The translations under genes and the position numbers were made by a program. DNA of 64,000 nucleotides, taken from positions 20,212,995-20,276,994 of the forward strand of contig OZ037765.1 of assembly GCA_964035545.1 (NCBI GenBank), read 5' to 3'. A model generated the notes under the pieces. The model made no database searches and had not been told where the DNA came from. It worked only from the letters and a program-made list of their open reading frames with translations. This document shows positions 1 to 15,000 of this stretch, piece by piece; the first letter of the stretch is position 1; each line of letters begins with the position of its first letter. This DNA is from Bugula neritina (lineage: Eukaryota; Animalia; Bryozoa).

Positions 1-46
1 GTTTTCAGTTAGCTGTATATCAATTACCAGTGGATAATGCGCTAAC

Positions 47-3000
47 CTGACTGCAACAGCAAATCCATCATTACGAGAGACTGGCACAGCAAGAGTAGGA
101 GTGCTGGGCACTATCCCATCCCCCTCAGTCAAGTTGCTCTCCACAGACACTGTGCCCTGAGACTATAATATGTCAATATCTGGTTGTAAATGCTATGGAG
201 ATGGACTTTTTAAGTTCTTTTAATTTAAATTATTAGCGAATGAAATCACATTTACTTTGTTTTACAAAGAACATGGCCTACAATATTTGAAAAGTTCTAC
301 TTTGGGCTTATAACATGAGCGATATGTAACACTATTTACTACACCCAAATTGCATAGTGTATAGTGGGTGAAATGAATAGCATTAATGCAAAAATACTTG
401 AAATGAAGTTTAAAAACATATATTGAAACAATTAGGCTGAGAAAAATGAGGTAGTTAAGGAGGCCGAGGGTTGTAGTGACAGAGTTCTTACCTGATAATT
501 AAGTGCCGCTAATGTGGCCATCCTTCTGGACTCTCCCTCAGATGTACCTGGTTGAGAACTGGACACAGACATTCCTAAATGATCTGAAAACACGGACAAA
601 ACACATGGAAATGTCCTTCTAGGCGCTGATTCACATTGCACATCACTGAGCAATTACAGAATACAGACAAGGTGAAATATCCAATAAATCAAATGAAAAT
701 TACTGAACTTAATGCTCAATTATTGTTAGAATTGGCTAAAAATGTAGAGGATCATCGTAATTCCTATTTAAATTAAAATTTCCATGACCGAACATACCAT
801 ATTTTGCTATTAAAATTATGTCTGTTTTCATACAGCTTATTTATATTAAATTTTGGCAATATTTGGAGAGCTTATAATTATTCTAATAGTTTTTAAGCAA
901 ACAGAAAAAAATTGTAAAACAGAGCAGCTATAAGATTTAGAATCCCAATTTGCAAAAACAGCTACAAAAGAAGTGTCTGTATTATAAGTATTGCATGACT
1001 CAAAACAGAGCATAACATGAAATTATGTTATTGTGCTCTTCATTGTCCTACCAGGATGAATAATACATTCCATTCCAGAGTAAATAAGTGTTTCTAACAT
1101 CTCAATGTAACATAAAACTATTAATAGACTACCTTTAGCAGAGTGCTTTTATTATACAAAAAGTCAGCAGCTGAGATCAGTAGGAACACCTACTTGTATG
1201 ATTAGACAACTCCTCCTGTACGATGATGTCACTTGTGTCAGCGACCTCGTCACCTTCTTCAGCATCGTCGTAGTCGGACTCCCCAGCAGGTTCTTCCTCC
1301 TCCCCTACCTCTTCAGATGAGCTCATACCTTCCTCCTGAATACATACAGGTATACGTCTGCATGCTCTCAGTAAAGTATACGTCTGCATACTCTCAGTAA
1401 AGTATACGTCTGCATACTCTCAGTAAAGTATATGGCTGAATACTCTCAGTAAAGTATACGGCTGAATACTCTCAGTAAAGTATACGTCTGCATACTCTCA
1501 GTAAAGTATACGGCTGAATACTCTCAGTAAAGTATACGGCTGAATACTCTCAGTAAAGTATACGTCTGCATACTCTCAGTAAAGTATACGTCTGCATACT
1601 CTCAGTAAAGTATATGGCTGAATACTCTCAGTAAAGTATACGTCTGCATACTCTCAGTAAAGTATACGTCTGCATACTCTCAGTAAAGTATACGTCTGCA
1701 TACTCTCAGTAAAGTATACGTCTGCATACTCCCAGTAAAGTATGAAAATTTAATAATACTAAAAATAGGATTGCAAAACTAAAACAATAAATGTAGAGGT
1801 GATGTAGTGTAAATAAAAAAAAATGTCTGTGTATCCTCAGTAAAAGATGAAAATAAAATAGTACAAAAGTAAAAAATAATAGGAAATAGACAATAATAAG
1901 TTTAGAGATGCTGAGATGGAAATAAAAAACTTGTTCCAATGATGGAACATTATTTACTAAATTGTATATGCGAATATGAAATATACATTACATGACTACA
2001 TGACATATACCTCACTAATAATATGAGACTAGGGTGAGTACAGTTGAGCTAATAAATACACAATATAATAACCCTTTATACAGCATATATATATATATAT
2101 ATACACGAGTCCGATACATACCACTTCCTCAATATCGCCATATTCTTCATCTACCACATCCTCTTCAGCATTCTCACTCTCACCTTCGGAGTAATATTCT
2201 CCCTTCAACCAACACAAAAGACATGACTAACTAATGCACGTACAGAACTAATACAATACAGCGTAGTTATTAACATGGATAGAAGTGGTATATGTATCAT
2301 GTATCAATTGAGTTTACACAACATTCCCCTATCATCAGATCCAACATAATTCCAAGACTAGAACCTGTGCTCATGTCTTACACATGAAGTGATAGCAGGG
2401 GTTCTATAGACACAGATACTAACAGTGTGCTGGGTAGTCTGCACCTGCCCCATAGCTTCATCCTCGTCCTCACTAGACAATATGATGACAACATCAGCAT
2501 TCACTCCGCTGTATGTAGGTTCTTGTCTGATGGCTCTAGATGTCAGCTGAGACTGCTCGGCAGCAGCCACGTGCTGCTGTAGGTCAGAGGTCACGGGAAG
2601 AGCAGCGTCTGAGAGTGGTTCACGCTCTACATTAGGGCTAGCCTCGCTGTGACCCGGTGCCTCGGGCTGCATGCTAGACACGGCCGACGCAAACTCATCC
2701 TCTTGTGAAAACTGATCCTGGTAAATGTCAAGGTCATATTTAGAAAATAGGATTGCCTCATTGAGAGCTATTCTCGTAATCTCTAGTATGACATGCTACA
2801 TATGTATATGATATGACACACATGTGTATGATATGACACTCATGTATATGATATGATTCTTTCATATGTAATAATCAAGCATGCATAAACATTGTAAATG
2901 ATTAATAAACTAACGTCTTCAGTGTCAACATCTTGAGATGTGCCATCATCAACTTCGGGTAAGGATTCGTTCTCTCCTTCCTATAACAATCATATAATAG

Positions 3001-6000
3001 ATGTAATACAGAGCAGTCAAGCATTAAGGTATTACATTAGTTGTTGAGACATTTTCCACCAAAACCCTGGAGTCATGTTGTCACTAGTCAGGATATCAGA
3101 AGATGTTATTACTGTCTACAGCTCAAACTAAGCGTTCAATGCAACTGTTAAACTGTACATTCATCACGACGCCTGTCAAATTATGGCTGCCCTTTATACC
3201 AGAGCAGCCAACGCTCCGCTGTAAGTAAATTTCTTTGGTTGCCGTCTGAGAGCTGATTGGCTGAGTTGTTCCAAATGTTTGACCTACTGCCATGTGACAT
3301 TAGCACTTGATTTATTAAATTCATTCAATGTGAATAGCATTTTATATATTATGTTTGTAAATTTGGGTAAACTAAGTTGTTATTGCAGACATGGCTGGGA
3401 GGGGAGATTTATTCTGCATTCTCATTGGTGAGGAAATGAGATTCTTGCTTGCAACTAGTTAGTATAACTACGCATTAAAATCTTGCAGTATGGGGAGGCA
3501 AGTGACCATAACATAACACAAGCACAGTTCAAAAATTGCAAAGAAGTCTTATTCTGAGCTGTAGAAGGGCCGATACATGGTTCAAAGTGGTGGAGTAGGC
3601 TGCATTATGCTCTCATGTATTTCATATACCTGGAAGTATAATAAAATCTACCGCATACAGAATATAATATAATCAGATTGGGAACAAGCTGAATACATCC
3701 ATGGGCCACCATAATGAACCAAGGGCTGATGGGTACAATAATGTCTACTATATGTTGATGAGGAACAAATTGTGCACCGAGTATAACACATCAATTACAG
3801 TGTAGCAGTTTATGAGCTATAAACATACTCTCTGTCTCTTGGTTGATGGTGCAGTCATATCATCATCAGCCTCAAACTCCGCTCTCGATCTTTTAGTTTT
3901 GTTAGCCTCAGCTTCACTGCTCTGTCCAGCATCCGGTACGGAACCAACACCACTCGTCCCAGCAGCATCAATACCTGTGACAAAGGATCAATATCTGTGA
4001 TATAGGATCAATATGCAATATTATAAACAAGTGCAATAGCTATCATTGTATAGTGTTTAGTACATGTCGTATGACTTGAAATAGAGCAAGAGAACTACAG
4101 ATATAAAACCAAGTAGATTTTTTACCTTTCAACGTGTATAAATTTTTTCATATTCTTTTTTAGTGTTGTTGTTATATTCTTAGAGTTATATCATACTTTT
4201 AGTTTTTTTTTACTGTGTTCCCTCCATATCTGATGATTCCACATCTCACGGAATTCCGTAGGCCATGAGAATGGCTTAAACCATTGTTTTGTGGCTTATG
4301 CATGTGTGTATAGGAACAAAATGGCCGAATTTAACAGATCAGTGAGTTAATTCTGGTATTCTACTGTCAATAATTGAGGTTTTTGAATCCGCAGCTTAAT
4401 GAAATATGGAGAGAGCACTGTATCATATTTTTAGTTTCTTTTATATTATATTTCAAGTGTTTTCGTATTTAATTACAAATAAAGCAAGTAGGGTTTATAC
4501 TTACTTGTGCTGCTCGAGGCAACTAATCCAACGACAGAGTTGCTGCCGAACATACTTGTATTGTCAGCAGGAACATGAGACGTTATGATAGTGGCGGGGG
4601 CAGCCTGAGGAGCTACGTTGAGGGAAACAACGGGAGAGGCAGTCTGCTGGGGCACCGTAGAATGCAATGAGAATATAACGGAGCTGCTAGAGGAAGAGGC
4701 AGCCCCAGACGGCAGCGTAACAGAAGTACCAGACGTGGAAGTGCTAGAGGGCAGACTAGACAGCTGCTGGACAGGGGGCACTTCGGCTGACGCGCTGTTA
4801 GATGACGCAACGTTGGTATTAGGAGAGGCGGCCACTGAAGTAGGAGAGACAATTCCAACAACTACCTCTGCAAAAACATTAATATTTGTGTAATTAATAT
4901 CAAAAGTAATAAATATTCTAATTGTTATAAAAAAGCAGAAAGAAGAAATAATCAAGTTGTATGCCATTCATACTGTGATAATTACTAGTTAGTTTGATAT
5001 GATGAGCTCTAAAATCTATTTTAAAGGTTCTCAAGAAATACCTTCGACATTAGCTTCCTGTGACTCAGCTTGACTAGTTGTGGGCATGACTGTAGCCGTG
5101 GGTTGCTTAGGCTGCTGTTGAGCCATGGGCCGTACCTCTATAGTCCGCACTTGGGAGCGCTTAGAATCCGTGCTAATAAGACATGCACCAATTGTTATAA
5201 ATACCATAGAGGAAGATAGTATATCGAAAATGTTATTAACCTTTCAATCGACAAAGTTAATTCAAGTTTAAAAATGATTGTGGGCTCAAAACTACGATAG
5301 GCTTCTGGGTAAAAGTTTCATGCAGTTTTTCAGTTATTTTTGTGATCAAAAAAGCTAAAAAAGTGAAATAAATTTTAATTTTTTTTTTTGTAAAGCATTA
5401 GGGATTTGTATCACTTATACCCTTATTATACTAGACGAACCACAAAGCGCAACTTATATCCCGACACTACAGCTGTATGTATAGGAGCCAGGTGACACCT
5501 ACCTAGCTGTAATATGACCAGACTGGTTGCTAGACTGAGAGCTTGCACTCTTTTCTTCTAAACTGAGCAGCTTAGCCCGAGATTCATCAAGGTTCTGCTG
5601 GGCTTCTTCTAACTGGCTCTCTACAATTAACAGCTTGATGATGAAAAAAACATAATATTTTAATCAATATACATATTTAAAAAACACTGACCATTGAAAA
5701 GCGTTATAAATCAAAGGTGCTAACATTTAAAGAAAATCTAACACAAATTTGCACCAAACAATATTGAATTTTGATATATTGACAAAATATTGTGACACTT
5801 TACCTAGTTCAGCTGCTTTATTTTTTAGTTGCTTATTTTCTTCACTTCTCTTTTCCATATCTTTCTTCTGGGCTGCTAATTTAGGCTTGAGACTCACATT
5901 AACAAAATCTTTCAGAGCAGTGTGCTTCGAATTCAACTCATCAAACTCAGCTTTCACCTTATTATACTTCTCAGTAAGTTCAGACAACTCCTACAGTAAT

Positions 6001-9000
6001 TACACAAAATTATTCTCAAAACACCAACCAGTACTCCACATGTATCAACATACATGTATAATAATATATACAAACTGCTAGAACAGACTTTTTAGTGACA
6101 AAAATTAACAATCTAAAGTATATAAAAATCCTATTTCCAATATTAAACAAATAAGTTCCAAAAACTAAATCCAAGCAAAAATACTAAGCAACACACGTTT
6201 TTCAGGCTTGCTAGATCATCCTTTGCCTTTTGTGAAGCTTCATTCTCAGAAGTTAGACGAGTGATCTCCGCCTCCTTAGAAGTTAGAGTCTCTTTGAGAG
6301 TAGACAACTCCGTCTGTAATTTGTTTACTGCCTCATTTGATGCTGTAAACAAAGTCAAGGTCATAGCTTTTGCAGAACACTAGTAGTATAACTGTGTGAA
6401 AACAGTTTCAGCTGAAAGAGTAAAACGCCTAAATGATTACTAAATATTAGAACCTATGATTGCCTCCAAATACTTTTATACAGCTGAATATTATTATTAT
6501 ATATAGCAACTTCAAAAACAATTGGCAACCATCAGATTTTACATACAGAAGGGCAGGAAAACTGCATGTATACGCTGTTCTAAAAATATATTAAAGCAAA
6601 GTTACAAAGTAGCAAAAAAGTTTGTCCAGATTGCATTACCAACATCACCGCTGATTTTGTATAAAATAAACACATTGTGTTTTTCTAAAAAATGTCGACC
6701 AGTATTAGTTGATTTGCTAAATTTGGTGAAATTGCTAGGCATTGAAAATCAAATGTTGCGTATTCAGCAATTTTTAGCAATAATTATGGGTTGTTTAGTG
6801 ACATGCAAAGTAACAACTTATTTACAGTGATTAAAACCTAAATTAGACATGAGCATGTAAGACAAGATATATAAATATGTATACAGTATATACCCTGAGA
6901 TGTAGACGGAGCACCAGAAGTACTATCTTCTCCAGAGGCACCTCCAGCACTAGCAGCACCAGTACCAGTACCGGAGCCTTGAGCTTCAAGCAGCTTATTA
7001 TACTTCAGCCTATAGTTTCGACCCAATTTTTTCAGCTAAAAACAATCACGAATTTACTTACAATAATTTTAAATAAAGAACATATATCAACACCAGCATT
7101 CAGCTAGGAGGTAGTGTTAGACTACCTCATTTATCAGGCCCTCCTTCTTACTGATATCTTCTTTATTACTTTCTAGAGTAGTCTCAAGAGTGGCCACCTT
7201 CTTCTCCAACTCGGCTACATTCTCTGCCAATTTAGCCTTTTCTGCCCTTAAATTATAAATTAAAGTAGCTCATGTATAGTGTGCATAAGGTGTATGCAAA
7301 TTAAACAATGAGTATTAGAAATTATCTGCTCTCCATGGTTAAAGCCTGAAATATTTTTTTCAAGTGCAAAATAGTGATTGAATGACAACAATTATTCAAC
7401 ACAATGAAATGTTAATAATCATCGTATGCTTGATTGGAATGAAATTTAATTTGCAAAACAACGACACCAGGCCCAATACATAGATTAAGGTCATCTCAAT
7501 CTAAACTCCTCACAAAATCATCAATCAAGTGAAGGCACTTCTCATTAAATAATGTCCAAAAGCTTTCTTTCACTTGCATCATGACTTACATACCCAGAGG
7601 CTTTGAAGGGATCAAAGATACTTACTCTGTAGCTGTGACTGTAGATTTGACTTTGTTCAATTCAGCAGTTAATTTTTGAACTTGTTGATTCAAATTAACT
7701 GTCGACTTTTTCTGCAGCTCCATGTCAGCCCTACAGTTATATTCTAGATCTGCATTCATTATTCCATGAGAAGCTTGTGTATACTATTTTTATTTGATAT
7801 ATGACTTTTAGCCTTATCAAACTAGGAAAACCTGGACAAGACTAATGCAATCTTAAGTATCTTTACACATCTCTAATTCCCTCGACCTCTGCACAAATAC
7901 TCACAGATGCTTCTTATTTTCCTCCATCTTCTCCTGGTCAAACTTCTGCACAAGACTATCGGACCTCTGCTTCCAGTGATCCGCAACATTCTGCAGAGCT
8001 ACTTTCTCCGCCTCCAGAGTCTGAAGAGACATGTTCAGCTCCGTAATCTTACCCTCCAGTGGTACTATGTCAGCTGATAGCTGTGACACCTGCATATATT
8101 TCATAGTCGTATGTATTGGATGGCAAGTCTTATAAAACAACCACACCGAGAGTTTATTATATGCATAGTTTCATGAAAAAATTTCGCATACTATTTTATT
8201 TGATACGTGATTTTTAGTGTTGTAAAACTAGGAGAAACTGGGCAATACTAATGCAATCTCAAGTAGTTTTACACATCCCAAATACCCTATCAACTTGTAC
8301 AAACTCAGTCTAGAGATAGGGCTGTGTTGTCTCTTAATAGATTAAAACATATCTCAAGTGTATGAGCTACCAGGCATTGTGCTCTGCAGAAACTAGATTC
8401 AGACTATTGAAACTCTTAGAGTTAGGCCAACAGATATACCTAGCTGAAAAGCATGGAGCATATGCTACTCTGCACACATAACATTGGCTACCATGTACCG
8501 CCACGAGTTTCACTACAGCAGCATACAGATAGCAAGTCATGACAAAGCCAACCTGCAGCTGCAACTGGTTTATTTCCGGCTGCATGCTATCCTTTTCCTG
8601 TCTGAGCATCCTGTTGCTGTCGGTCAGCACATTGATCTGTTCAACTTTACGCAGCAGCTCCGCATGCTGAGCCTTCGTCTGCACATCAATGCTAGCCTGA
8701 GATCTTTCACCGGCCAGCTCGTCACGGGCTCGCTTCAGCTCACTCTCAACAAAAGTTATCTTAGACTCCAATCGCTTACATTCGGCTGTACTGCTTTCCA
8801 ACCTGGAATCAAATAGAAACTCTGTGACCAAAAGCAAAAGAAAACACACCAACTATTTTATACCAATGCAACCGAGATCACTATCAAAAGCTGCAGAATA
8901 ACCGACTGTAAATCTCTAATCTGATTATGCTTTTTAATTGCTATAACACAAAGTGTCTTACTTAGTTTCATACAACTCTTTGTCTTTACGCAAGACTTTG

Positions 9001-12000
9001 ACAAGTTCTAGAAGCTTCACTATACTCTGCTGATCTGACTCATCTGTGTTCTGAGACGTTCCTTCAGAGTTCTGCTTCACAGAAAGCTGAAATTAGGCAG
9101 AAAAAATCATGTAAATTAGTGTACATTTGTCTGTCTCTCTGCACAGTATATTATACGCATATCAAATACTGTCCATTCAATACAATAAACCTTTATACTA
9201 ACAGTTCACTAACATTCTCAATAAGTTAGTATTAGTTTGCATAATAAATATAGGATAAAAGCAGTTTCACTATGGATAGAAAAGTGAAAATTCAATATGA
9301 ATGTAGAAATAACTGCTTCAGTATTTTATAACTATCAAGGTTATATATAAAAACACAACATTTTTTAATTGAAATATTTCACATTGCATTATTTTTGAGC
9401 ATCAGCACAAATAAGGTTGGAGATGAAAATGGGCATTCAATAATTTTTTTTCAAATAAACACATGACTACACATTTCTACCACATCACATCCATGTACAG
9501 ATGTATTTCCAGTATCTTCCAAGTTTTGAGTAGTTTTTGTAAGAAACAAGCTGACCTCTTTTACATACATGTTATTCAATTGGTGTGCTAAAGTACTCAC
9601 ATATTCTAGTTGTTGATGAAGCAGAGTTGTTTGCTCCTTGCTATGTTTGAGCTGCTCGGTAACACTTTCTATATTCTCCTTATGCCTCTTTTCACGATCT
9701 TCATAAGATGCCTGAAATGCAGCACATTATACAAACATTATATTTCTTGAAAATTTAACATGTCAAAACTATAGGAACCATATAAATGGTTAGTTTAGAG
9801 CAGTAAAAGAACATAATTGGTTAGGCTGTGGTAGTCATGACAATCCGCATACAGCTAGACTAGAGTCCCTTACATGATTCGACTGTAGCTGTAACTCCAG
9901 CCTGATGGTATCATTCTCCAAGGAAAGTATTTTGCTAGCCAGAGTGTCTTTCTCTTTCTTCAAAGAGCTGCATTCCTCAGAGAGCTTCACACTGTTTTGG
10001 AGTTCAGCTTGATACTTACTTGACAGCTAAAACAATACTATCTGTTTTCAAAAACTTTAGAGGATAAAGTTAAAAGATTGAACAGTTGGAAGTTGAACTT
10101 GTAGTTTAGACTGAAATATCATCACTAAAAATATAACAGCTCATCAATGGGTGCAGCCAAAAATTAGGGGTTAGAGTAAACACAAAGTTGCAGGCTTGAT
10201 CCCTAGTAAAGGGCATTAGTGATGTTGAGAAGAGCATTCAGTCATAATTGCTCTTGTGCCACATATGAATAAATCCTTAGTCTGATTTAAAAAAAACCTT
10301 TTCTATCAGGGGTTCTTACAAGGATAGTGACTATAAACTCACGTGAGTTTCATAACAGTACATGAATGCAAACAAATCTCCATGTAGACAATGTGAATAC
10401 CTCGTCATTCAAGTGAGAGGACTGCTGAAGATCAACTCTAGCCTGTGCTTCTACCAATTCCTTACTTTCTAGCCTCTGTTTGTAAGAATTGAGAGTTGCC
10501 TCAAGTTCGGCCACTTTGCTAGAAAGTTGACTCTTTGTGTGGGCTAGCTCGGACTCCAGATTGTTCTTCTGCTCAAAAACTGTGTCATACTGCTGAGTCA
10601 ACACCTTGAGCTTCCCAGCTTGCTCTTCCATCTCTATTGGCCAAATGTAGATATGCCAACACAGTAAGATTACTAATACAGTGTATGTTGCAGGTTGTAG
10701 TTATACACTTATAAATAAAACATATTCATAAAAACTTTGTAAATTATGCATAAGTTTATTTGTTTTGTTACATTTGGAAAGTAAAAAATACATGTAAAAA
10801 AAATATTGGTGACAAAGCACTATGGCGCAATAGCACTGCAGCTAGTCAAAGCGTACAAGCCATGAATAGTTGACAGTCAGGAGAAAACTGTACTAAATGA
10901 GTTTACTGTAATAATCAAAGGCCTTAGTTTGAAATTCAACACTTTAGATTCGCCCTTAAAATGATTTTTACTTCTCAACTATTTTTGCTACTGCATCACA
11001 CACAGCTCAAATATCAATCTAGGAACATGACTACTGTTCACATTTTGAGGGCAGCTAGCTATTACATCCCAAAATCAGTGTGCTCCAAGAAGCACTGAAA
11101 TGAAAACACCAAAAGTGCTTTAGACCATGTACCACGTTACCTAGCGACATAAAGCTACATATGATCTACAAGTTCATGCAATAAAATTAAGTGAGATTGA
11201 CTCAGCTTCACTAACCGGCTTGCTGCTGTGCAACTTTCCTCTCCAGAGTCTCTTGTGTCTGCTGACTTACAGCTGTCAGCTCTCTGAGAGTCAGCTCAAG
11301 TCTGTCAGCAGCTACTCTGTACTCGTCAGATGCTTCTCCGCTCAGACGCAGCTGATCTTTGAGAGCTGCAGACACGGCAAGTACAACACACTTAACAGAC
11401 AGTAACAGTTTGTACAGTGAATAACGTGATTGGGCTATTAAAAATAGAAGATAAATTTACATTTGAACAAACTCAAATTAATGGCATTACATTTTTATTC
11501 TGTATATGTTAACATCAGTACAATAACAAAGCAAAGTAAATGTTTGATTACATTGAATACACAGTTTTTATATTATGTAGAAAAGGTTTCGTTGAATTAT
11601 CCTATCAAGGTTTAATTCAACAATATTAATGAAATCTAAAGAGTAAGAAAATTGTGACCAACCTTCTATCTCTGACTTGGCATGTCTCAAATCCTGGGAA
11701 TCTCCAGACTGTGCTGCCGCAGCATCAGAGTCGTCCCCTCCAACTCTCGCAGCTGATGTCTGCTCGCACAGACAAACATAAATTTAATATAAGTTTGCAG
11801 GATTGTCGAGCAATAACATACCAAACGTATGCAACACGGCAGTGACTATTGAACGGTGAAATAAAACTGTTGAAATATTTGTGTAGATTCAACAAGTCAA
11901 ACCTAACATAGTTTGAAAGTATAACTGTTACTCTGTTGGGTGTGGGGGTCTACGCAAAAGATTATTTTTTGAACATTTTTTTATAACTTCCATCCCCTTT

Positions 12001-15000
12001 AAAATTTAGCACAATTTTGACTGTATTATCTGAATCTACTCATTAAACTACCATATAAATGTTATTTAATTATTCAATAAGAACATTTTAAAAATGAGAT
12101 TTTAAAAATCTCTTGTTGGCCTCTTAAAGCTATTAAATTACTAAATGTGGATGCTGGAGAAATGAGGAAAGTATCTTTACCTGTCGGTGATGTTTTTGTT
12201 CATCAATAGCTTTTAGCAGTTTTTCCTGACTGCTGGCCAACTGTTGATTGAGAGACTCCACCTTCTCCTTCCAACTTGTAACTTCTGCAGCCTGGTGGCT
12301 CTCCACAGTTTTCATGTCTTCCTTCAGTGAGACTATTTGCTTCTCCAGAGCTTGGTTATCATTCAGGGACTGCTCTAGTCTATGCTGGTAATGAGCCTTC
12401 ATTTCCACATTAGAGCTTTCAATACTCGTCTACCAAACAAGACTTATCTATTAACAGTCAGTTCTTAACATTGCATCAAATAATATACAGGCTTTCAATG
12501 CAATAAATAAGAGAAGGAAGAAAGCCATCTAAAAATCTTATCAGACCTTTAGGCAATAAACCGCATCATCAACATAAGTTAGTAACTGTAGAAACCTTGT
12601 TAGCATAACTGGCCACACAAATAGTGAAGAAAAACATGAAAAATTGTAACTCAAACAAAAATATTGAAAAAAAGATGTTAATTAAGCAAATAGAATACAG
12701 CTAGAATACAAGCCATAAGCAAGGGAGGCAGCAATAAAAGATGCTACATATCCAATACCTGTATACTCTGCAGGTTTGACAGCATTTGCAGCTGTAAATT
12801 ATAATCCTTCTTTGCTGTATCCGCCTCAACCTGCAGTCTTCTGTTGACAGCTTTCAACATCTCCACCTCATTCTTAGCCTGCTGATTGGCTACATCAAAC
12901 TTCACGGATGACTCTTGAGCACGGGAAAGATCTGCCCGTAGATTTTCGACTAGGGATTCATTCTACAACAGCAGTCATAATCAATGAAAAAGTAGGACAA
13001 TACTTATTATAATATATAGATCAATCACAATATATCCTAATAATATATGTAGATAAAACTGGCAAAGTTATACTATTCATGTATCAAACCAATTTAAATA
13101 GTCAGCGTAACACCAAAAACACTGAGAGAGTCCGGAGCAACCGACAGCCATTAAGAAGATATTCAGAATCCAGTAAAAATCAACTGTTTTAAAATGAATG
13201 TTCACAGCATAAAGAATAGACGATGAGATGGAGAGAAAGCACTATTTCTTGTTACCTTTGCTACAAGATTTGAATACTGCTCAGCCTTGGTTCTCAATGC
13301 ACTGATCTCTTGCTTGTACGCCACCACATTTTTCTCAATAACCTTTGAGCTCTCCATTGAATAGTCCAGCTGCGTAGTAAGCTTAGCATTGTTGAGTTTA
13401 ATTTCTGTCCTCTCTTTCTTTACTTCTTCCAACTCATTGCTTAGTTTCCTGTAGTCACAATATTGAGACCATAACAATTCACAAGAGTAAGATTAGGTTT
13501 ATACTAGCTAACAGCCCATTAAAGAATTTCCATTTAAAAACCAACATTTACTAAAAAATTATAGTATGCAGTCAAAACTCTGTCCCGAAAAAAGCTTTCA
13601 AAATAGAAAACTCCGACAAAGGGCTAAAAGGGTATGTATATAGTACACACCTCTCTTCATCTCTCTGCTCTTTCTTGTATGCTTGAAACTCCCTGTTGAC
13701 CTTTTCCAGAGATTCTTTAGAAGCTTTCAGCTCTTCCTTTAGTGACCTTAACTTCTCACTGTCTACTTCAGTGGTGGATCTAAGTGGGGAAGCTCTGGCT
13801 TGAGCCTACGCAAAGCATATATGAATATAAGACATAGCAAATAATCTATATTGCATAAATATAAACGAAAACATGATTTAACATCATATAACTTCAAGGA
13901 ACCATTATGAGTCACCTGATTACATTGACCCGTAAATAATAATAAAAAACAGCTCTACAAGTCAAAATAAGCTTTATGCTAAAGTTGTTGAGCATCAGAA
14001 TAACGATGGCCATCAAAGTGTGGCACTCTTATATTTACATAGTATAGAAGTATGTCTATTATATATCCAATTCAGTTTGATAGCTTTAGTCTCAGCTATA
14101 ACTATTTCAACAACTAAGACATGTTATTATAGTATTCAGAGCAGAGTAATGCGCACAAGGAGCTCTACTGTGTACAATTCTAGACATCAAGTGTACCTCT
14201 TTAACATCTCCCTGTTCTACCAGTCTCTTGTACATATCCCGCTGTTTGATGATGGATTGTACAAGCTCTTCCTGTTTGAGACGAGATTGCTTCAGGAACC
14301 CAACTTCCTGCCGAGTGTTTGCCAGCTCCATCTCTAGCGCTTTAGACTTTTCGCTTCCCTCACCCGACTTATCGCTGGCTTCTTGAGCCTCAGACAAACT
14401 CCTCAGTGCCAGCCGTAACTGCTGGTTCTGTTTCTGCAGCTCTTGTATGTCTCTATAGGAATTCAATTTCAACAGTATGACCAATTTATAACAGAATGGT
14501 GAATGAACTATATACAATACTATTAATAGTCTAGTATAGACCATGGTGGTGAGATGACAAGGTAGCAAGGTGCTACTTGCTTGTGCAGACAATATGTCAC
14601 ATGATGATGTTATGAATGTGCAAGCACCTGCAGAGCATGTCATGGTCTGCACACCACTACTTACTTGAAAGATACAAGTTGATTTGAGATCACGTCTGCA
14701 GCAGTACTTTGTGAGCTGGAAGAGCTGGATACTTGAGTTGAGATGTCTTCATCTACGACACGCCCACCTTTAGCTATATGTATTTCTTTAGTGAGCACTT
14801 GAACCTGCGGCACATTACAAGTATATAATATATTCAAACATAAACCTTAGGTGGTGTAGGTATATGAACATGTGTGACACTGTCAACTTTGTAACTGTAT
14901 ACATCTAGACAGAGGGAAATGTGGATATTCTCCAAAGGGAAGTGAAAAGCAAATGAGCAAGACAATTTAATACATAAAAATTTTTACAACTTTTTAAAAA

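Noticed and set aside
1350-1743. Regular repeat array as a CRISPR
   Set aside because: Head-to-tail units with no unique spacers, inside a eukaryotic intron.
3085-3170. Minus-strand GTGATGA...CTGA as a C/D snoRNA in a TPR intron
   Set aside because: No convincing terminal stem, no rRNA-complementary guide that I recognise, and no paralog.
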